DNA from: an uncultured Lentimicrobiaceae bacterium
Lineage (GTDB): Bacteria; Bacteroidota; Bacteroidia; Bacteroidales; SKPS01
Direction of reading: 5' to 3'
DNA length: 64,000 bases
NCBI GenBank assembly: GCA_964469215.1
Contig: CAYXYB010000012.1
Coordinates: 17,526 to 81,525 of the forward strand
The translations under genes and the position numbers were made by a program. The notes under the pieces were generated by a model. The model had not been told where the DNA came from, searched no databases, and worked only from the letters and a program-made list of their open reading frames with translations. Shown piece after piece: positions 57,442-64,000 of this stretch (the first letter of the stretch is position 1; each line of letters opens with the position of its first letter).

Positions 57442-58992
57442 TTAATTCCCTCCTTCTTCTTTAGGTCCGATTTTAACTTGTTTGATCATGATAGATATCT
57501 CTGCAATCAGCAAAGCAGTGAATATCAACACGAAAAGCCAGAATGTGGTTTGTACTGCGGCAGTGTTTATCCGGGTAACACCGATCATTGTTGGCATAAG
57601 ATCCTGAATAACCCAGGGTTGCCTGCCCACCTCTGCCACTATCCATCCCGACATCGATGCCAGGTAGGCAAGAGGAATTGCAAGGAATGCCAGTCTGAGC
57701 AGCAGCTTTTGTTTTCCGATACGATCCTTCAGTACGAGATAAAGCACAATAGCAAACAGGAAAAAGAAAATGAATCCAAGCCCGACCATGATCCTGAAGC
57801 TGTAGAATGTAAGAGGGATTGGAGGAATTAGCCTGTGTTCATTATTCTCGAAATAGCCGTACCCGAAATACTGGTAGTGCTCTTCCAACAATGCTTTTGC
57901 GACAGCAGCGGCACTGTCGTCGTTGTTTTTGTATGCCTCCTTGAATTCTGCAAGTGCCTGTATTGCAATCTTCCCCGATTCGATCTTTTCAGCAACAGGA
58001 GGTATACCCTGGTCTGGATTGCCTTCTATCAGGTCTTTTATTCCCGGTACAAAAGCATTAAAATCCTGATAAGCAAGATACGACAAAAGATTTGGTATTT
58101 CGATTTTACCTTTAACCTTTTTGGTCTTAACATTTGATGAATCATCTTTATTGTCAACCAGATAACCAATGGCTACAAGTCCTGCCCCTTCACTCCCTTC
58201 ATTCAGCGATTCCATTGCAGCAAACTTCATCGGTTGTTTTTGTGCGACGAGCCGTGCAGAGCCATCCCCGGTGAGGATTGTGAGTATTATGCCCATCATA
58301 CCAAATATTGAAGCGATAATCATACTTTTTTTGGCCAGCATCTGATGCCTGCTGCGTAACAGGAACCATGCACTTATACCGATTACAAATACTGCGCTCA
58401 ATGTATAGGCACTTGTTATGGTGTGCAGAAATTTGTTTATTGCCATCGGGGAGAGAAATACCTCCCAGAAATTCACCATCTCGTTGCGTGCGGTCACTGG
58501 GTTGAACTTCATACCTGCAGGATACTGCATCCATGCATTGGCAACCAGTATCCACAGAGCGCTCAGGTTTGCCCCGAAGGCAACAAGCCATGTGGACAGC
58601 AGGTGGAATTTTTTACTTACACGGTTCCATCCGAAGAACATAACCGCAATAAATGTGGTTTCCATAAAGAAGGCCATAATACCTTCAATAGCCAGTGGAG
58701 CACCAAAAATATCGCCTACGAACCATGAGTAGTTCGACCAGTTGGTGCCAAACTCAAACTCAAGGATAATTCCTGTGGCAACCCCAATGGCGAAGTTAAT
58801 GCCAAAGAGTTTCATCCAGAACATTGTGATCTTTTTCCATTCGGGATTACCTGTTCGCACATAGATCGTCTCCATGATAGCCATAATAAAGGTAATCCCA
58901 AGTGTAAGCGGCACAAAGAGCCAGTGGTACATGGCCGTAAGGGCAAACTGCCCACGTGACCAGTCAATTAAGGAATAGTCGAATTCAAACAT
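57442..58992 (-). CDS. cydA: cytochrome bd ubiquinol oxidase subunit I
   Basis: 516 aa with the conserved GAPLAIEGIMAFFMETTF and a Q-loop-like region. Confidence 0.9.
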   Translation of the reverse strand: MFEFDYSLIDWSRGQFALTAMYHWLFVPLTLGITFIMAIMETIYVRTGNPEWKKITMFWMKLFGINFAIGVATGIILEFEFGTNWSNYSWFVGDIFGAPLAIEGIMAFFMETTFIAVMFFGWNRVSKKFHLLSTWLVAFGANLSALWILVANAWMQYPAGMKFNPVTARNEMVNFWEVFLSPMAINKFLHTITSAYTLSAVFVIGISAWFLLRSRHQMLAKKSMIIASIFGMMGIILTILTGDGSARLVAQKQPMKFAAMESLNEGSEGAGLVAIGYLVDNKDDSSNVKTKKVKGKIEIPNLLSYLAYQDFNAFVPGIKDLIEGNPDQGIPPVAEKIESGKIAIQALAEFKEAYKNNDDSAAAVAKALLEEHYQYFGYGYFENNEHRLIPPIPLTFYSFRIMVGLGFIFFFLFAIVLYLVLKDRIGKQKLLLRLAFLAIPLAYLASMSGWIVAEVGRQPWVIQDLMPTMIGVTRINTAAVQTTFWLFVLIFTALLIAEISIMIKQVKIGPKEEGGN

Positions 58993-58995
58993 AGA

Positions 58996-59223
58996 TTATG
59001 GTTTTGGGTTGGTTAGTTCATCTATAACATACTCACTTCTTTCTTCATTTGTATTGAAATTGGTTCTGAGAAAATTCGGGAAAAAGAATATCCTCAGAAT
59101 CACAAACATCACGAAAAGCTTTACGATGATAATGATCCAGAGTGAACGACCCCATGTCATCAACCTGAATCCATCAGCGTAAAAACGGTAAATCCCTGAA
59201 AAAATATTCTTACGGTTCTCCAT
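58996..59223 (-). CDS. DUF4492-like small membrane protein
   Basis: 75 aa located directly upstream of cydA, as is typical in Bacteroidota. It has one TM helix. Confidence 0.6.
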   Translation of the reverse strand: MENRKNIFSGIYRFYADGFRLMTWGRSLWIIIIVKLFVMFVILRIFFFPNFLRTNFNTNEERSEYVIDELTNPKP

Positions 59224-59249
59224 TGGGCTAAATCAAATCAATTGATAAT

Positions 59250-59594
59250 TCAGGGCAGGTGCTTTTCATCAAATAATCCTTTGAATGTGTAACCTTTTGC
59301 ATTTACAGCTTCTTCTATCAATTCAGATGTGACTTTTGTAGTGTCATAAGTAACAATCGCATATTTTTCATTAAATGACGATGTTACCTCATAAACTCCC
59401 TCAATTTCACCAACAGCAAAATTTACCGTGTTTTCACAACCAATGCAGGTCATCCCTTCAACAGCATATTTAACCGTGACCAGCTTTGTTGAATCCACAG
59501 GTTCCTTAAATGCATCTTTATCCTGTTTTCCAACCTCACTGCATGATGTGATGATAACTAATAAAACCACCAGAATACAGTTTATTTTAATCAT
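59250..59594 (-). CDS. heavy-metal-associated (HMA) domain lipoprotein
   Basis: The start is set at MIKINCILVVLLVIITSC (a lipobox). It has the MTCIGCENTV metal-binding CxxC motif. Confidence 0.7.
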   Translation of the reverse strand: MIKINCILVVLLVIITSCSEVGKQDKDAFKEPVDSTKLVTVKYAVEGMTCIGCENTVNFAVGEIEGVYEVTSSFNEKYAIVTYDTTKVTSELIEEAVNAKGYTFKGLFDEKHLP

Positions 59595-59828
59595 AATATG
59601 TGATATATTAAAATAACAATCTATGAACAGGTAAAAGTAAATCACAAATCTGAAATAAAAAAGCGCTTACAAAAATTTATAAAGACTATAAATTTATATT
59701 TAGGTGGAATGTGTTGAAACCACCCTGTCGAAATCTTCGATGAATTAATCAGCCCGGTGTTTTTTGTGAATATAATTCAGATATTTGCATCCTTAAAACA
59801 AAGTCTTAGGAACACAAAAGAATTCATT

Positions 59829-61010
59829 ATGAGAAAGCTAAGTTTGATTTTTCTGATCATTTTACCTGTGGTGACACATTCCCAGGATGGGATTAAATTT
59901 TTTGAAGGTACATGGGCAGAAATCCTGGCTATGGCAAAAACGGAAAACCGTCTGATATTTATGGATGCGTATGCTACCTGGTGTGGCCCCTGTAAACGAA
60001 TGGCAGCAGATGTTTTTCCTCAAAAGGTTGTTGGTGACATGTACAACCAACATTTTATACCTGTTAAAATCGACATGGAGAAAGGGGAGGGTACATCACT
60101 TGCGAAGCTCTATAATGTACGTGCATATCCAACTCTTCTGTATATCAACTGGAAAGGAGAATTAGTGCACAAGGCTGTTGGAGGAAGAAATGCTGAAGAT
60201 TTCATCGAACTGGGCAAGGAGGCTTTGGATGATACGAGGAATTTCCGTTCAATTGAGCTGGCTTACCTTAGAAACCGAGATGATGTGAACAGCCTGATCG
60301 CTTATGCCAATGCACTGAAACAGACATACGACAGAAGTTATTCTGTGGTAATTTCGGAGTTTCTGAAGGATAAACCCTCAACTCTTTTACTCTCTGAAAC
60401 CGGATGGAAAATAATTACCGGATTTGCTGATGATCCTCAATCTTTAGAATTCCTTTACCTTATTAAAAACAGAAATGACTTTTACCAGATGTTTGGTAAA
60501 GAAGAGGTTGACAAAAAAATTGGTGAAGTTGTTGAATTGATGATAGCACAGGCAGTGAGGAAGAATGATGAAGGTGGACTGGATAATCTGAGAAGAGGTA
60601 TCCGGGAGATAAATCCGGAGAATGTTGAGTATTATCTTGCACTGGCTGAGGTACAGTATTACCGCCGTAACTCGAAGTGGGAAGCATACGCACCAGCTGT
60701 AAAGATTGTTCTTGAAAAGGGTCCTGTTGTAGACGCGAAAAAACTTAACACTTACGCCTGGGATTTTTACCTTAATGTTGATGATCAGAATCATCTGAAA
60801 TGGATGACCTCGCAGGTAGCTTCAATGCTTAAGAATGATGATGAATATGCAATTCACGACACTTATGCAGCATTGCTTTTCAAGACCAGGAATTACAAAC
60901 AGGCATTGAAGGAGGCCAGGGCTGCTGTTGAACTTGCAAAGAAAGAGGAAGCCATCTACGAAGACACCCTGGAGCTGATTGAGACGATTAAGAAGGCAAT
61001 GAAAAAGTAG
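59829..61010 (+). CDS. secreted thioredoxin-fold protein with helical C-terminal domain
   Basis: The start is set at MRKLSLIFLIILPVVTHSQ (a signal peptide). It has the WCGPCK active-site motif, and the C-terminal ~250 aa look helical. Confidence 0.7.
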   Translation: MRKLSLIFLIILPVVTHSQDGIKFFEGTWAEILAMAKTENRLIFMDAYATWCGPCKRMAADVFPQKVVGDMYNQHFIPVKIDMEKGEGTSLAKLYNVRAYPTLLYINWKGELVHKAVGGRNAEDFIELGKEALDDTRNFRSIELAYLRNRDDVNSLIAYANALKQTYDRSYSVVISEFLKDKPSTLLLSETGWKIITGFADDPQSLEFLYLIKNRNDFYQMFGKEEVDKKIGEVVELMIAQAVRKNDEGGLDNLRRGIREINPENVEYYLALAEVQYYRRNSKWEAYAPAVKIVLEKGPVVDAKKLNTYAWDFYLNVDDQNHLKWMTSQVASMLKNDDEYAIHDTYAALLFKTRNYKQALKEARAAVELAKKEEAIYEDTLELIETIKKAMKK

Positions 61011-61028
61011 GACCGGTTGATGACATTA

Positions 61029-62168
61029 TCATTCCATCAGAGCTACAAACTCTGAAATGTCTTGTGGAGAAAGTTCATGATGTAACCCCGTTACTTTGTT
61101 TTTATTCATCTGATTGATGATGTCCTTGTGGTTCTTCTTGCCAATTCCTGCCTCTGAGAGCTTAACCGGGCATTGCAACAGGCGGAAAAAATATTCAAGT
61201 TTATATATTCCATCTTCCAGGTCATCGGTATAGAAAAGTTTATACAGAAGTTCTCTTATTCTGCCTGGGATACGGTTTTTCATAAGGTTAAGCCATGCAG
61301 GATATGCTATTGTAAGAGAAGCCCCATGCGGAATATCGTATAATAGCGATAATACATGCCCGGCAGCATGAACGCCCCAGTCGCCATATTTTCTTCCATG
61401 CATACAGGTACCATTCAATGCAAGGGTGGATGCATACATTACCCTGGCACGAAGGACATAGTTTTTCAGGTCTTTCATCAGCAGAGGACCTACCTCCATA
61501 GCCTCCTCCAGAATTCCGAGCACCACCCTGTCTGCCAGGGGGCTTTCTCCCTTACCGAACCACGCCTCCATTGAATGTGCCATCAGGTCAGCCACCCCAT
61601 AACCGGTTAATTTTGCAGGAACGGAAATGGTGAATGAAGGATCAAGGAAAGATCGAACAGGGAAAGAATAAGGTGAGGAAAAGGAAGCTTTGATGCCAAG
61701 GGTATTGTTTTGAACCACTGCAAATGGGTTCATCTCTGTTCCTGTGGCTGCCAGAGTAAGCACGGTGATAACAGGCAGTGCTGTTGCTGGTTTTGCTTTC
61801 CTTGACATCAGATCCCACGCAGGGCCATCGTGCTTAATAGCAGTAGCAATAACCTTTGCCGAATCGATTACGCTGCCACCGCCAACTGCCAGGATCACAT
61901 CTGCTCCATGACTGCGGGCAAGTTCAACAGCCCCATCCACATCTTCAATAACAGGATTGGACTTTATTCCGTGATATTCCCTCACATTACATCCTGCCAG
62001 TGACAATTGCTCCATCACAATGTCGTAAATACCGTTCTTATGAATGGAGCCCTTGCCATATAATAAAAGCACTTTATGCCCATACTCCGCAACAGATTCC
62101 CCCAGCTTATCCAGAACACCATGCCCGAAATGGACTTTTACAGGATTATAGATTGTGAAATTCTCCAT
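61029..62168 (-). CDS. iron-containing (group III) alcohol dehydrogenase
   Basis: 379 aa with the GGGSVIDSAK motif and His-rich metal ligands (DLMAHSME, HAAGHVLS). Confidence 0.85.
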   Translation of the reverse strand: MENFTIYNPVKVHFGHGVLDKLGESVAEYGHKVLLLYGKGSIHKNGIYDIVMEQLSLAGCNVREYHGIKSNPVIEDVDGAVELARSHGADVILAVGGGSVIDSAKVIATAIKHDGPAWDLMSRKAKPATALPVITVLTLAATGTEMNPFAVVQNNTLGIKASFSSPYSFPVRSFLDPSFTISVPAKLTGYGVADLMAHSMEAWFGKGESPLADRVVLGILEEAMEVGPLLMKDLKNYVLRARVMYASTLALNGTCMHGRKYGDWGVHAAGHVLSLLYDIPHGASLTIAYPAWLNLMKNRIPGRIRELLYKLFYTDDLEDGIYKLEYFFRLLQCPVKLSEAGIGKKNHKDIINQMNKNKVTGLHHELSPQDISEFVALME

Positions 62169-62392
62169 AGATATTCCTATTTATTCTGGTAAAATAATAA
62201 TTTTTAACTTAAAATTCTTAACCCTGATCATCGTATTCAGAATGTGTGATTTACCACTGAGACACTTAGAACACTAAGAATCACTTAGATATGAAATACT
62301 TAACGGTTCATACGTGTTTCCAGTGTCTTAAGTGGTTTTAAAATATCATCTGACTGAGCCTTCAGACCAGGGAATGAGTTAACAGTTAAAAA

Positions 62393-64000
62393 TCAGGACA
62401 TAAATATCTTCATGTCTTCATCCACAGTAGTTATCCCTGTGATTCCGAAGTTGTTAACTAAAACATTGGCAACATTGGGTGAAAGGAAACCGGGGAGTGT
62501 CGGCCCCAGGTGAATATTCTTCACTCCGAGATACAGAAGTGCAAGCAGGACAATCACTGCCTTCTGTTCATACCATGCAATATTGTATGCAATCGGCAGG
62601 TCGTTGATATCATTCAGCTCAAACACCTCTTTAAGTTTCATTGCTATTACTGCCAGGCTGTAGGAGTCGTTACACTGCCCGGCATCAAGAACACGGGGTA
62701 TACCGCCAATATCACCAAGCGGAAGCTTGTTGTAACGGTATTTTGCACATCCAGCAGTAAGGATAACTGTATCTTTCGGAAGAGTTTCAGCGAATTCCGT
62801 GTAATAACTCCTGTCTTTCATCCTGCCGTCGCAACCTGCCATCACAAAGAATTTACGTATTGCACCACTTTTAACAGCATCAACAACCTTATCAGCAAGT
62901 TGCATAACCTGGTTGTGAGCAAAACCTCCTGTTATCGTGCCGGTTTCAATCTCTGTCGGAGGCAGGCATCGCTTAGCGTGTTCAATGATTAGTGAGAAAT
63001 CTTTTGGTGACCCGTTTTTCCGGTCGGGAATATGTGTGCAGCCATCAAATCCTGAAGCGCCGGTTGTATAAACCCTCGATTTGTATGAATCCCTTGGGGG
63101 AACAATGCAGTTAGTTGTAAAAAGAATCGGACCGTTGAAGGTTTCAAACTCCTCTTTCTGTTTCCACCATGCATTGCCGTAATTACCCACGAAGTGGCTG
63201 TATTTTTTAAATGCAGGGTAATAGTGTGCCGGAAGCATCTCGCTATGGGTGTAAACATCCACACCGGTACCTTCGGTCTGTTTCAGAAGCTCTTCAAGGT
63301 CCTTCAGGTCATGCCCGCTTATCAGAATAGCAGGGTTGTTCCGTACACCAATATTTACTGTTGTAATTTCAGGATTTCCATAGGTTGAGGTATTTGCCTT
63401 GTCGAGCAGTGCCATAACCTCCACACCATGCTTTCCACACTCCATTACCAAAGCTACCAACTCATCCACACTTTTTGAGGGATCCAGAGTGGCAGCAAGC
63501 CCTTTTTGCATAAATGCAAATACATCTTCACTGGCATAACCCAGGTTGAAGGCATGCTCAGCATAGGCTGACATACCTTTAATACCGTATGTAAGAAGCT
63601 CCTTCAGGCTCCTGATATCCGGGTCATCAACAGAGAGAACTCCCACTTTGGCAGCTTTCTCCTCCAACTCCTCTTCGGTTTCTGCACTCCAGGTTGTTGA
63701 AGTGTGCATATTTTCAGCCAAATGAACCCCTTCAGCAATAAGCTTTTCACGGAATTCATCACGCAACGCAATCCCCTGCCTTATCTTCCTGATGATGGCA
63801 TTACGATCGAAGTTGGCATTGGTGATGGTGATAAACATTGCATCAAAGATGAACCTGTCGATACGACTGTCATGCACCGAGAGCTTCTTCCCCTCTTCAG
63901 CAAGAAGTGATATTCCCTTTGATATCCAGATCAGAAGATCCTGCATATTAGCTACATCTTCCCTCTTTCCACAAACACCTATTTTTGTACAGCCGGTGCC
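62393..64000 (-). CDS. hcp: hydroxylamine reductase / hybrid-cluster protein, N-terminus beyond the window
   Basis: The frame stays open upstream of the listed Met to the window edge (…[25 protein letters not shown]). The sequence is typical of Hcp ([23 protein letters not shown]). Confidence 0.85.
   Translation of the reverse strand, partial: GTGCTKIGVCGKREDVANMQDLLIWISKGISLLAEEGKKLSVHDSRIDRFIFDAMFITITNANFDRNAIIRKIRQGIALRDEFREKLIAEGVHLAENMHTSTTWSAETEEELEEKAAKVGVLSVDDPDIRSLKELLTYGIKGMSAYAEHAFNLGYASEDVFAFMQKGLAATLDPSKSVDELVALVMECGKHGVEVMALLDKANTSTYGNPEITTVNIGVRNNPAILISGHDLKDLEELLKQTEGTGVDVYTHSEMLPAHYYPAFKKYSHFVGNYGNAWWKQKEEFETFNGPILFTTNCIVPPRDSYKSRVYTTGASGFDGCTHIPDRKNGSPKDFSLIIEHAKRCLPPTEIETGTITGGFAHNQVMQLADKVVDAVKSGAIRKFFVMAGCDGRMKDRSYYTEFAETLPKDTVILTAGCAKYRYNKLPLGDIGGIPRVLDAGQCNDSYSLAVIAMKLKEVFELNDINDLPIAYNIAWYEQKAVIVLLALLYLGVKNIHLGPTLPGFLSPNVANVLVNNFGITGITTVDEDMKIFMS

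Noticed and set aside
62169-62392. Imperfect inverted repeat CCACTGAGACACT…AGTGTCTTAAGTGG between hcp and the alcohol dehydrogenase gene as a regulator site
   Set aside because: It is imperfect and lies downstream of hcp rather than in its promoter. It is probably just a terminator-like structure, and I cannot support a specific call.

Overview
The window looks like a chromosomal segment from a Bacteroidota-type genome. Supporting signs are several predicted T9SS C-terminal sorting domains, a DUF4492-cydA-cydB arrangement, DUF4159-rsmE, and many lipoprotein or signal-peptide proteins. Most of it is ordinary core metabolism and envelope genes: a 5'-partial alpha-2-macroglobulin, S9, S41 and M20 peptidases, kbl, acpS, tdh, an amino-acid ABC transporter, an SLC12-like permease, tRNA-Arg(CCT), cytochrome bd oxidase, Fe-ADH, and a partial hcp at the 3' edge.

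The one clearly accessory, recently rearranged region is about 12.3-22.4 kb. It is visibly more AT-rich than its flanks. A ~4.2-kb unit is present twice in tandem. Each unit carries a truncated arsC 5' end fused to the 3' fragment of a paralog of the 374-aa ORF at 10587-11711 (annotated from ATG 10650), then an AT-rich leader with a G10 tract, then two predicted T9SS-secreted proteins called X and Y here. The array ends in an intact arsC. Copy 1 holds a 1236-bp IS4-family element with a 9-bp target duplication just upstream of X, and copy 2 preserves the empty site. Divergence between the copies is strikingly patchy.

Other notable items are a decayed ABC-transporter locus (35.2-37.2 kb), a permease fused to oddly arranged substrate-binding half-domains, an unlisted 43-codon membrane ORF after cydB, and a 2014-aa modular T9SS protein. 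I found no CRISPR array, defence-gene signature, integrase, reverse transcriptase or prophage. I cannot point to a confident wholly novel system. The X/Y cassette array is the best candidate for something undescribed.
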